From the NCBI GenBank assembly GCA_027488845.1, contig JAIYBC010000055.1:43191-107190 (forward strand): a stretch of DNA of 64,000 bases. The letters run 5' to 3'. A program made the position numbers and the translations under genes. Positions 35,065 to 44,010 of the stretch are shown here, one piece after another. This DNA comes from Verrucomicrobiales bacterium. GTDB taxonomy: Bacteria > Verrucomicrobiota > Verrucomicrobiia > Limisphaerales > UBA9464. The notes beneath the pieces were generated by a model, which ran no database searches, was not told where the DNA came from, and was given only the letters and a program-made list of their open reading frames with translations. How positions within the stretch are numbered: position 1 is the first letter of the stretch; each line of letters opens with the position of its first letter.

Positions 35065-36378
35065 ATGAAGAATTCCTTACCGAGAGTTGCGGTAGTGGCC
35101 GCCGTCGTCGCGGTCCTGTCGGCGGGTTCCATCCCCGCGGACGCCGAGCCGTTGTCCCCGGCCTTGGTGACCCGCCTGGCCGAGCCGCTGCGGACCGGGC
35201 ATCCCGGCCTACGCGCCCTGGCCCGGCACAGCGACGCCGCGCAGTCCGCCGCCGCATCCGTCCGCATCTGGGCGGATCCCACGCTCAAGGCCGGGGGCGC
35301 CGCGATGGGATCGCGCGGACCCATGGCCACCCAGGACGGCGACCTCGTGCTGGGCCTGAGCCAGGACCTCCCTTGGATGGGTAAGGAGACCGCGCGCAGA
35401 TCCGTCGCCCGGGAGGAAGCCCGTTCCGCCCAGGTCATGGAGGAGGCCCGGTGGATCGAGTTGCGACGGGACCTCTCAGCGGCACTGGCGAACGCCGCCC
35501 TCTCGGACCGCCTGTTGGGGTTGGCGAAGGACGAGGCCGCGTGGCTGCGGCGCATGGAGGAGGAGGCCGCGTCCCGGCACGCCTCCGGGACGGGGGAGGC
35601 GGTGGCGCTGCTCCGGATCGCCAACGAACGTTCCCGGGCTGCGCTCTCGGTCACCAACGGAGAGGGGTTCCGGCTCGATGCGCGCGCGACGTTGGAGCGA
35701 TTGCTCGGACGTCCCGCGGCCGAGGGCCTTCCGACCCTGGAGCTGCCCCCGCCGCTGTCCGAGATCCGGTTCGCGCCCGAACTGGTCGCGGTCGCGATGA
35801 ACGCCGAGCCGCGTCTCCGGAGGGCGCGGCGCCGGACCAAGGAGGCCGCGGTCCGGATCGAGTCGGCACGCCGCGCGGGGCGCCCGGACCTCTCGCTGGG
35901 TGTCGACTCCCGCCAGTACTCCGGGGACGCCGGCCTGCGCGAGGCGATGGTCACCCTCAGCATGAGCCTTCCCTGGTTCAACCGGTCCCGGTACCGCGGC
36001 GAACTCGATCGGGAACGCTTCTCCGCCGAGGCGGCGAGGCTCGAACAGGTGGACCTGGAAACCGAGGTCGCCGCCGAGGTCCACCACCTGGTCACCGCCA
36101 TCAACTCCGCCGGACGCGAACAGCGTCTCCATCGCGAGACGCTCCTGCCCCGGATCCGCGCCGCGCTCGAGATCGAGCTGGGTCGCTGGTCCACGGGCCG
36201 GGGTGAATTCCGCGACCTCCTCGACCTCCACCGCATGCAGGTCGACGCCGAGGTCCGGCTCGCCCGCGCCGCCGCCGAACAGTGGAACGCGATCGGCGAA
36301 CTGCTGCTCTGCTGTGGCCTCGACGATCTCGAGGCCTTCGTCGTCCCCGCTCCCCTGGCCGCCTCCGCCAAGCCATGA
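35065..36378 (+). CDS. cusC: TolC-family outer membrane efflux protein (CusC-like)
   Basis: A signal peptide and two OEP-type coiled-coil repeats are present. The stop overlaps the adaptor ATG as ATGA. Confidence 0.8.
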   Translation: MKNSLPRVAVVAAVVAVLSAGSIPADAEPLSPALVTRLAEPLRTGHPGLRALARHSDAAQSAAASVRIWADPTLKAGGAAMGSRGPMATQDGDLVLGLSQDLPWMGKETARRSVAREEARSAQVMEEARWIELRRDLSAALANAALSDRLLGLAKDEAAWLRRMEEEAASRHASGTGEAVALLRIANERSRAALSVTNGEGFRLDARATLERLLGRPAAEGLPTLELPPPLSEIRFAPELVAVAMNAEPRLRRARRRTKEAAVRIESARRAGRPDLSLGVDSRQYSGDAGLREAMVTLSMSLPWFNRSRYRGELDRERFSAEAARLEQVDLETEVAAEVHHLVTAINSAGREQRLHRETLLPRIRAALEIELGRWSTGRGEFRDLLDLHRMQVDAEVRLARAAAEQWNAIGELLLCCGLDDLEAFVVPAPLAASAKP

Positions 36379-38135
36379 AACCGCTCCCCCTTTCCGCCCT
36401 CTGCCTCCTCCTCGGCGCCGCCGCCGGCGCGTTCCTCCACGACCGGCTCGGGCACGCCCCGACCAAGGCCGCCACACCCGACCCAGGCACGCCGGGAGGA
36501 CGCCGAATCCGGTTCTACCAGTCCCCGATGCACCCGTGGATCAAGTCCGACAAACCCGGACGCTGCACGATCTGCGGAATGGACCTCGCCCCCGTCTACG
36601 AGGGGGATGCGGGCATTGCCGACCTCCCCGGACGGGTGACGCTTGGCACCAATTCGATCCAGGTCCTGCACGTCGCCTCCGTTCCGGCGGCCACCAACCC
36701 GGTGGCCCGACGTCTCGCGCTTTCCGGCACGGTGGACGACGACGAGTCCGCCCATCGGGTCGTCGCCGCCCCCTTCGATGCGCGGATCGAGCGCCTGGAC
36801 GTCCAGGCCGTGGGCGAGGAGTTGGAGGCGGGCCGGAGGATCGCCGTGGTCTACTCGCCGACGCTGCTCGCCGCCGAACGCGAGTACCTGTCGCTGTTCC
36901 GGGCCGGTGCCACCGGGGCTTCCGGCAGCCCGGGAACCGGCGTGGACCGGCTTCTTCCCGCGGCGCGCCGAAGGCTTCTCCAGATGGGCCTGCTTCCGGC
37001 CCAGATCGACGCCCTTCCTTCCAAGGATCCCAGCCTGGACACCTCCGAGCTTCTGGCCGCCGTCGGCGGGACGGTGGTGATGAAGACGGCCTTCGCGGGT
37101 CAGTACGTGAAGGAAGGGGATCCGCTTTTCGAGACGGCCGACCTCGGCACGATGTGGGTCCAGCTCGTGGCCTACGAATCCGACCTCCCGTGGATCCGGC
37201 CCGGACAGTCCGTCTCGCTGCGCGTGGATTCGGTCCCGGCCCGCGTCTTCGAAGGCCGCGTCGACTTCATCGATCCCAACCTGGATCCCGCCACCCGCAG
37301 CACCCGTGTCCGGGTCGTGGTGGCGAATCCCGTGGTTCCCACCGGAGAAGGACCGCGCCGGCTCCTTCGTCACCGCGTCACCGCGACCGCGCGGATCGAG
37401 GCGGGTTTCGAAGCCCTGTCCGTGCCCCGTTCCGCGGTGTTGCGCGGTGGCGGCCCTGCCGTGGTGTACGTCGACCATGGAGGCGGATCGTTCGAGCGCC
37501 GTGAGGTCCGGGTGGGACGGATCGGCGACCAACGCCTTGAGGTCCTCGCAGGGCTCGAGGAAGGGGAACGGGTGGTCGTCGAGGGCGCCTTGATGATCGA
37601 CGCCCAGACGCAGCTGAACCGGCCCGCGGATTCCGCGGGCGATTCGCCGGCCACGTCGAAGGCGGGTTCCGGATCCTCCGAGGCGTTGCCGCCCGGACTG
37701 CTCGCCTGGCTCGGATTCTCGGACCGGATCGCGGCTTCGCTCGCCGGCTCGGACATGTCCGCCTTCCGGAAGGAGGTCGCACATCATGGCCCTATCCGGG
37801 CCGATGCCGTGGCTTCGCTGGCAGGGCGGTCGGACGCCCTGAAGGGGGCGGTGGATTCGCTTCCCGCCCCGCCCGATGCGCAGGCGCTGTCGGGGATCGA
37901 GGAGGCGCGGCGATGGTTCGTCGGATTCGGCCGCGCTTCCGCGGTGGTGGTCGGCGCGGCCCGTTCACTCGGGATCGAGGTGCCGTTCCGCATCTACCAG
38001 TGCCCGATGGTTTCGACGGCCTTCCCGGGGGCTCCCAAGCGGGCCGTGTGGATCCAGTCGGGTGCCGAGGTCCGCAATCCCTACTTCGGTGCGGCGATGC
38101 CCGACTGCGGCACCGAACTCCGGGAGGTCCGGTGA
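36375..38135 (+). CDS. cusB: Efflux RND periplasmic adaptor (CusB-like) with N-terminal heavy-metal-binding domain and C-terminal DUF3347-like domain
   Basis: The HMBD motif is FYQSPMHPWIKSDKPGRCTICGMDL and the MFP barrel/lipoyl core is present. The C-terminal extension ends YQCPMVSTAFPGAPKRAVWIQSGAEVRNPYFGAAMPDCG. Confidence 0.85.
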   Translation: MKPLPLSALCLLLGAAAGAFLHDRLGHAPTKAATPDPGTPGGRRIRFYQSPMHPWIKSDKPGRCTICGMDLAPVYEGDAGIADLPGRVTLGTNSIQVLHVASVPAATNPVARRLALSGTVDDDESAHRVVAAPFDARIERLDVQAVGEELEAGRRIAVVYSPTLLAAEREYLSLFRAGATGASGSPGTGVDRLLPAARRRLLQMGLLPAQIDALPSKDPSLDTSELLAAVGGTVVMKTAFAGQYVKEGDPLFETADLGTMWVQLVAYESDLPWIRPGQSVSLRVDSVPARVFEGRVDFIDPNLDPATRSTRVRVVVANPVVPTGEGPRRLLRHRVTATARIEAGFEALSVPRSAVLRGGGPAVVYVDHGGGSFERREVRVGRIGDQRLEVLAGLEEGERVVVEGALMIDAQTQLNRPADSAGDSPATSKAGSGSSEALPPGLLAWLGFSDRIAASLAGSDMSAFRKEVAHHGPIRADAVASLAGRSDALKGAVDSLPAPPDAQALSGIEEARRWFVGFGRASAVVVGAARSLGIEVPFRIYQCPMVSTAFPGAPKRAVWIQSGAEVRNPYFGAAMPDCGTELREVR

Positions 38136-41100
38136 TCTCCGCCCTCATCCGTTGGTCGCTCGCGAACCGCTTCCTGGTGCTGTGCGCCGCGTTGGCCGTC
38201 GCCGGCTTTGGCGTACGCGCGGTCCGGGACACGCCGGTCGACGCCATTCCCGACCTGAGCGAAAACCAGGTGATCGTGTACGCCGACTGGGCCGGCCGCA
38301 GCCCGAGGGAGGTGGAGGACCAGGTCACGTTCCCGTTGTCTTCGGGGCTCCGCGGCCTCGCCGGCGTCCGCGGCGTCCGGGCCACCAGCATGTTCGGGTT
38401 CTCGGTGATCACGGCGATCTTCGAGGACTCCATGGACAACTACTTCGCCCGGACCCGCGTGCTCGAGCGGCTCAGCCAGCTGACGGGGCAGCTGCCGGCG
38501 GGCGTGGTGCCCCAGATGGGGCCGGATGCCACGGGTCTCGGATGGGTCTTCCAATACCATCTCACCGTGGACCCGACGAAGGCTCCCGATGGCGGATACG
38601 ACCTGGGACGCCTCCGGGCGATCCAGGACTGGTTCGTGCGATTCGAGCTCGGTTCCGTTCCCGGAGTGGCCGAGGTGGGTTCCATCGGCGGCTTCGTCCG
38701 GCAATACCAGGTCGAGGCCTCCTCGAGCCGGCTCCGCGAACGGGGACTCGCCCTCGGCGACGTGCTCGCCGCGGTCGGTCGGGCGAACCTGAACGTGGGC
38801 GGCAAGGTGATCGAGGAGAACGGCCTCGAGCTGGTCGTCCGCGGCGTGGGACTGGTGCGTTCGGTCGACGACCTGGAGCGGATCGTGGTCGGTTCCGGGA
38901 CGTCCGCGCCGGTCTACCTCCGCGACGTGGCCACGGTCCGGATCGGAGGGGAGTTCCGGCGGGGGACCCTGGACGTGGACGGACAGGAAGCGGTGGGTGG
39001 TGTCGTCGTGATGCGCAACGGCGAGAACGCGCGCGAGGTCATCCGACGTGTCCAGGAGCGGATCGCGAAGATCCGCCCCAGCCTGCCGGAAGGTGTCGGC
39101 ATCGAGCCGTTCTACGACCGTTCCGACCTCATCGACCGCACGCTCGACACCCTCCGGCACGCGCTTTGGGAGGAGGTGCTCCTGGTCACCCTGGCCCACA
39201 TCCTCTTCCTCTGGCATTTCCGCAGCATCCTGATCGTCACCCTGCCGCTGCCCCTCTCGATCCTCGTGGCGTTCGTTCTGATGCAGGTCTTCGGCATCTC
39301 CTCGAACATCATGTCGCTGACCGGCATCGCCATCGCGATCGGCGTGCTGGTGGACGCCGCGATCGTCATGACCGAGAACGTGCTCCGGCACTGTGAACGC
39401 GCGGAGGCGGAATCCCTCGCCCGCGGCGGAGGGCCCCTGGACGCGGCGACGCGCCTGCGGCTCACCCTGGAGGCTTCGGTCCAGGTGGGACGTCCGGTGT
39501 TCTTCGCGATGGCGATCATCCTCCTCGCGTTCGTGCCGGTCTTCTCGCTGTCGGGTCGGGAAGGGAAGCTCTTCCACCCGCTGGCCTTCACCAAGACCTT
39601 CGCGATGCTGGGTTCGACGGTGTTCGCCGTGACGTTGGTCCCGGTGCTGTGCTCGTTCTTGGTCCGGGGGCCGTTCCACCGCGAGGAGGACAACCTCGTG
39701 ATGCGGTTCCTGCTGCGGCTCTACGACCCGGTCCTGGATGCGGCACTCCGCTGGCGCAGGACCGTCCTGGGCCTTGCCGGCCTGATGCTCGCGGCGGCGT
39801 TGGTCGTGGCCTTCGGCTTGCCGAGGCCGCTGCAGCAACGCGTGGAATCCGTCATGCCCCGTGGACTGGCCTCGCTGACCCGCGGCATGGGAAGCGAGTT
39901 CATGCCGCCTTTGGACGAGGGTTCGCTGCTCTTCATGCCGGTGCTGGCGCCGGGCACGTCGCTCACCCAGGTGAAGGAGATCCTCGCCTGGCAGGACCGC
40001 GAGATCCGGCAGCTGCCCGAGGTCGCGAAGGTCGGCGGCAAGCTGGGACGCTTCGAGACCGCGACCGACCCGGCCCCGGTGGAGATGATCGAGACGACCA
40101 TCCTGCTGAAGCCCGAATGGATCGCCACGAACCGTCTCTGGCTGGGCTTCATCCCGGTCCCGTCGACGGTCCGCAACCCGGAGTGGCGGCCCGGTATCAC
40201 CCGCAGGGAGATCGTCGACGAGCTGAGTCGCCGGCTTTCGGCGGTGCCGGGCTACGTCCCGGGATTCCTCCAGCCGATCGAGAACCGGCTGCTCATGCTC
40301 AGCACCGGCATCCGCGCACAGCTTGGGGTCAAGGTGCTCGGCGACGACCTCGACGCCCTGCAGCGCATGGCCTTCGAGGTCGAGCGGGTGGTGCGGACGG
40401 TGCCGGGAGCCGTCGGCGTCGCGCCCAGCCGCGTCCAAGGCAAACCGTATCTCGAGATCGAGGTCGACCGCGTCCGCGCCGGCCGCTTCGGACTCGATGT
40501 CCAGGACGTGTTGGAGGTGGTGGAGACCGGCATCGGTGGCACCACCGTGGGAAACACCATCGAAGGCCGTGAACGGTATCCCATCCAGGTCCGGCTCGAG
40601 GCGTCCGAACGCGGCGACATCGACCGTCTCGGCGAACTGCTCATCCCGACCCGTGAAGGGGCCGCGATCCCGCTGGCCCTGGTGGCGGACATCCGCCGTG
40701 TGCCGGGGCCGGGCGAGATCGCCAGCGAGAACGGCCGGCTGCGGGTCTTCGTCCAGGCCAACGTCCAGGACCGCGACCTCGCCGGCTTCGTCGAGGAGGT
40801 CCAGGAACGGCTCGAACGGGAGATCGTTCCGCGGCTGGGGAAGGGGATGACGCTCGAGTATTCCGGGGAACATGAGAACCAGATCCGCGCCGCCCGGACG
40901 CTGCGCTGGATGGTGCCGGTCGTGATCGGAGTGATCTTCGTGCTGCTCCGGATGGTCTACAATTCCACCCGCGAAGCCGCCCATGTGCTGCTCGCCGTCC
41001 CCTTCGCCCTTTCCGGAGGGGTCTTCCTCCAATGGTGGCTCGGCTGGAACTTCAGCGTCGCGGTCTGGGTCGGCTACATCGCCCTTTTCGGGACCGCGAT

Positions 41101-41431
41101 CCAGACCGGCGTCGTGATGGTGGTCTACCTCGACGAACAGGTCGAAGCCGCCCGCGCACGGCTCGGTTCGGCGTTCAACCGCGAGGACCTGCGGCAGGCG
41201 GTCAAGGACGGCGCCCGGCTGCGGCTGCGTCCGAAGGTGATGACCGTGGCCACGATCGTGGCCTCGCTCCTGCCGATCTTCTGGAGCCACCGCACCGGGG
41301 CCGAGGTCATGCAACCGATCGCCACCCCGGTCGTCGGCGGCATGGTCAGCAGCCTCCTGCACATCCTCGTGGTCACGCCGGTGATCTTCCTCTGGCTCCG
41401 CGAGCGCGACCTCGGCAAGGCCGGTCACTGA
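38132..41431 (+). CDS. cusA: CusA/CzcA-family heavy-metal efflux RND permease
   Basis: The GTG start overlaps the cusB stop as GTGA. The N-terminus ISALIRWSLANRFLVLCAALAVAGFGVRAVRDTPVDAIPDLSENQVIVYADW aligns residue-for-residue with E. coli CusA as I recall it. Length is 1099 aa. Confidence 0.9.
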   Translation: MISALIRWSLANRFLVLCAALAVAGFGVRAVRDTPVDAIPDLSENQVIVYADWAGRSPREVEDQVTFPLSSGLRGLAGVRGVRATSMFGFSVITAIFEDSMDNYFARTRVLERLSQLTGQLPAGVVPQMGPDATGLGWVFQYHLTVDPTKAPDGGYDLGRLRAIQDWFVRFELGSVPGVAEVGSIGGFVRQYQVEASSSRLRERGLALGDVLAAVGRANLNVGGKVIEENGLELVVRGVGLVRSVDDLERIVVGSGTSAPVYLRDVATVRIGGEFRRGTLDVDGQEAVGGVVVMRNGENAREVIRRVQERIAKIRPSLPEGVGIEPFYDRSDLIDRTLDTLRHALWEEVLLVTLAHILFLWHFRSILIVTLPLPLSILVAFVLMQVFGISSNIMSLTGIAIAIGVLVDAAIVMTENVLRHCERAEAESLARGGGPLDAATRLRLTLEASVQVGRPVFFAMAIILLAFVPVFSLSGREGKLFHPLAFTKTFAMLGSTVFAVTLVPVLCSFLVRGPFHREEDNLVMRFLLRLYDPVLDAALRWRRTVLGLAGLMLAAALVVAFGLPRPLQQRVESVMPRGLASLTRGMGSEFMPPLDEGSLLFMPVLAPGTSLTQVKEILAWQDREIRQLPEVAKVGGKLGRFETATDPAPVEMIETTILLKPEWIATNRLWLGFIPVPSTVRNPEWRPGITRREIVDELSRRLSAVPGYVPGFLQPIENRLLMLSTGIRAQLGVKVLGDDLDALQRMAFEVERVVRTVPGAVGVAPSRVQGKPYLEIEVDRVRAGRFGLDVQDVLEVVETGIGGTTVGNTIEGRERYPIQVRLEASERGDIDRLGELLIPTREGAAIPLALVADIRRVPGPGEIASENGRLRVFVQANVQDRDLAGFVEEVQERLEREIVPRLGKGMTLEYSGEHENQIRAARTLRWMVPVVIGVIFVLLRMVYNSTREAAHVLLAVPFALSGGVFLQWWLGWNFSVAVWVGYIALFGTAIQTGVVMVVYLDEQVEAARARLGSAFNREDLRQAVKDGARLRLRPKVMTVATIVASLLPIFWSHRTGAEVMQPIATPVVGGMVSSLLHILVVTPVIFLWLRERDLGKAGH

Positions 41432-41749
41432 GGAGACGGCTGCGTTTCGATGGTCCGAGGCGGGTTGCGCGCAGGTCGGTGGGGCGGGCCGTGAGGCCGT
41501 GTCGGAGGAAGCAGGAACCGGAATTCTCAGCGGTCCGCCCTCCGGAGCTGGCAGAAAGGTGGATGCCGGTGGCAGAACGTCCGGGTGCGCCGGAATGGTG
41601 GTGCTCCGTGGTGTTGGTCGTTGAGCCCGGCACGTCGGTGCGCAGACTCGCGGGGTTCCAGTGGCAAATGAGAGTCCGCTCCGGTTGGAGACGGCGATGG
41701 GACGCTCGGCGATGGTCGGAATGAGCCCTGGTGCAGAAAGCCGAAACAG

Positions 41750-43090
41750 ATGCAGACACGGATCCACAACTTGAAGAACGCGCTCCTTGCCTTCGTGTCC
41801 GGCGTCCTCGTCGTCGCCGCGGCGTCGGCCGTGGTTTCCGCGATGACGACGGAGGGCCTCGCCGATGGCGCCACCGCCGGCGACGCGGCCTCCGCTTCGG
41901 ATCCGCGGTCGCTCGGTGACTCGACGGTCTCGTTGGAGAACCCGTCGAAGTCCGGCACTTCGCCCCGGCAAGGCGCGCCGCCGACTCGGGCGGAGCTGCG
42001 TGCCGCCATCGAGCGGGGGTTGGTGTTCCTGCAAAAGGCGCAGAACACGAACGGCTGGTGGTCCACGCCGGACCAGCCCGCGATCACGGCCCTGGTCCTG
42101 ACCGCCATGAACCTGGAACCGACCCGGAGATTCCAGCGGAGCCGGACCTCCGAGATGAGCCGGGCGTTCGACTACATCCTCTCCTGCGTGAAGGAGGATG
42201 GTTCCATCCACCGGATCGGCTTGGCGAACTACAACACCTCGCTCTCGCTGATGGCGCTGATCTCGGCCGCCGACACCAACTTCCTGCCGGTCATCCTGAA
42301 GGCCCGCGGGTTCATCGCCGCCGGCCAGATCGACATGGGGGTCAAGGGGACGAACGACACGCCGTTCGACGGTGGTGTGGGCTACGGCAGCAAGTACCAG
42401 CACTCCGACATGAACAACACGCTCGTGGCGATCGAGGCGATGCGTGCTTCCGAGGCGCTTCTGCAGAGGGAGTACCCATCGGCCGTTCAGCCATCGCCGG
42501 ACTCCGACCTGAGGAACGTGCCGTTGCCGGACCTGGATTGGAAGGCGGTGGCGCGCTTCCTGGCGAACTGCCAGAACCTTCCCGGAACCAATGCCTCCGA
42601 GCGGGTGTCGAACGACCCGAAGGACCGGGGCGGCTTCTTCTATTATCCCGGTCACAGCATGGCCGGCGCGGTCACCAACCCGGTCACGGGGAAGGTGGCC
42701 CTTCGAAGCTACGGCAGCATGAGCTACGGCGGTCTGTTGAGCTTCATCCACGCCCGGATGAGCCAGGATGATCCGAGGGTGCTCGCCGTCCGGGACTGGC
42801 TTCGGTCGAACTACACGATCGAGGAGAACCCCGGAATGGGGCAGCAGGGCTACTTCTACTACCTGCACCTGATGACCAAGGCGCTGGCGATCGCGGAGGA
42901 AGGGAGCCTCCGGTTGTCCGATGGCACGGAGGTTCCCTGGCAGTCCCAGGTCGCCGGGCGACTCCTGCGGCTTCAGGGGGCTGACGGCTCGTGGGTGAAT
43001 CCGGAGCCGCGCTGGTGGGAGGCCGATCGCGTCCTCGCCACCTGCTACGCCGTGATGACGTTGGAGACGCTGGACCGGAGGATGCCCTAG
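41750..43090 (+). CDS. Secreted prenyltransferase/squalene-cyclase-repeat (alpha/alpha-toroid) protein
   Basis: The signal/anchor is LLAFVSGVLVVAAASAVVSA. Repeated QxxxGxW-type motifs are present (QNTNGWWS, KEDGSIH, QGADGSWVN). Confidence 0.7.
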   Translation: MQTRIHNLKNALLAFVSGVLVVAAASAVVSAMTTEGLADGATAGDAASASDPRSLGDSTVSLENPSKSGTSPRQGAPPTRAELRAAIERGLVFLQKAQNTNGWWSTPDQPAITALVLTAMNLEPTRRFQRSRTSEMSRAFDYILSCVKEDGSIHRIGLANYNTSLSLMALISAADTNFLPVILKARGFIAAGQIDMGVKGTNDTPFDGGVGYGSKYQHSDMNNTLVAIEAMRASEALLQREYPSAVQPSPDSDLRNVPLPDLDWKAVARFLANCQNLPGTNASERVSNDPKDRGGFFYYPGHSMAGAVTNPVTGKVALRSYGSMSYGGLLSFIHARMSQDDPRVLAVRDWLRSNYTIEENPGMGQQGYFYYLHLMTKALAIAEEGSLRLSDGTEVPWQSQVAGRLLRLQGADGSWVNPEPRWWEADRVLATCYAVMTLETLDRRMP

Positions 43091-43092
43091 TC

Positions 43093-44010
43093 GTGCCCGC
43101 CTCCCCGCCAGATTCACGTTGGCTGACACCGGCTGAGGTCGGGCCTTTGCCGGCCGGATTCGCCGGGCGTGTGTTGGCGCTGCTGGTGACCTGCGTCGGG
43201 TTGAACGCGGCCGGGTTACGCGCCGACGGCCTCCCGGCCAAACCACCCGAAGCCGCCTCGGGTGCGACAAACCCGGCCACTCCGGCGGCCCTCGAGAAGC
43301 TCCGGTTTCCTGGGGTGAACATCAACGTCGAGGAGCGGTGCGTGGATCTGGAGGGGGCGGTCTGCCTTCATCGGGGCGCGCTGGAGCTGGTGGCGTGCAG
43401 CAAGGGAACCAAGGAGCACGAGTCCATCGTCGCGATTGCGGCCAAGCCCATGCATGTGCACGCCGCCCTCCTGCTGCTGGGGGCCAAGCCGGGCAGCCCG
43501 GCCACCCGCGAGCCGCTGGGTGATCCGCCCGTACGGTGGTTGGATGTTCCACCCAAGGGGGGGCCGGTGGATGTCTTTCTGGTGCTCCAGGGCGATGGAG
43601 GGAAGTGGGTCGAGCATCCCATCAGCGCCTTCATCGTCCCGGCCCGCAGCAGGTCCGGCGATGCCGCCGAAGGGAACCCCAAGCATCGGTTCCCGACGGA
43701 CACGTTCGTCTTCGCGGGATCGGTGTTGCAGGACAACGGGCCGGGTCCCCGCCGCTACCTTTGCGACCAAAGCGGGAACCTGATCTCCCTCTCCACCTTC
43801 GGCGACGAGGTGCTTTGCCTGCCTGCGATCCACAGCCAGGAGAACGAGGCGCTGCCGTGGCAGGTCGACCCGACGCTCCTGCCTCCCGTCGGCTCGAACG
43901 TGATCCTCCGTCTACGTCCACAACCGGTTCCCACCGCCAAGCCTCCGAAGTCCAACCCGTCAACCCCGACTCCCGGCCCGGAGGGAGTGCAGAGCCGACC
44001 GATCCCATGA
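43093..44010 (+). CDS. YdjY-domain-like secreted protein
   Basis: The GTG start is 3 nt after the upstream stop. Supporting sequence is VDLEGAVCLHRGALELVACSKGTKEHESIVAIAAKPMHVHAALLLLGAKPGSP...TFVFAGS. The family name is from memory. Confidence 0.55.
   Translation: MPASPPDSRWLTPAEVGPLPAGFAGRVLALLVTCVGLNAAGLRADGLPAKPPEAASGATNPATPAALEKLRFPGVNINVEERCVDLEGAVCLHRGALELVACSKGTKEHESIVAIAAKPMHVHAALLLLGAKPGSPATREPLGDPPVRWLDVPPKGGPVDVFLVLQGDGGKWVEHPISAFIVPARSRSGDAAEGNPKHRFPTDTFVFAGSVLQDNGPGPRRYLCDQSGNLISLSTFGDEVLCLPAIHSQENEALPWQVDPTLLPPVGSNVILRLRPQPVPTAKPPKSNPSTPTPGPEGVQSRPIP

Noticed and set aside
38081-43270. A 1729-aa ORF on the minus strand. Similar giants are 57528..61634 (+), 34209..37787 (-), 13631..16648 (-), 29593..32325 (+), 43755..46259 (-), 48421..51468 (-) and the 5' two-thirds of 4689..7226 (-).
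   Set aside because: Each lies antisense to, or out of frame with, a gene that has clear family motifs. Their translations are Arg/Gly/Pro/Asp/His-rich low-complexity strings with no recognisable motifs. Long stop-free antisense frames are expected in GC-rich DNA.
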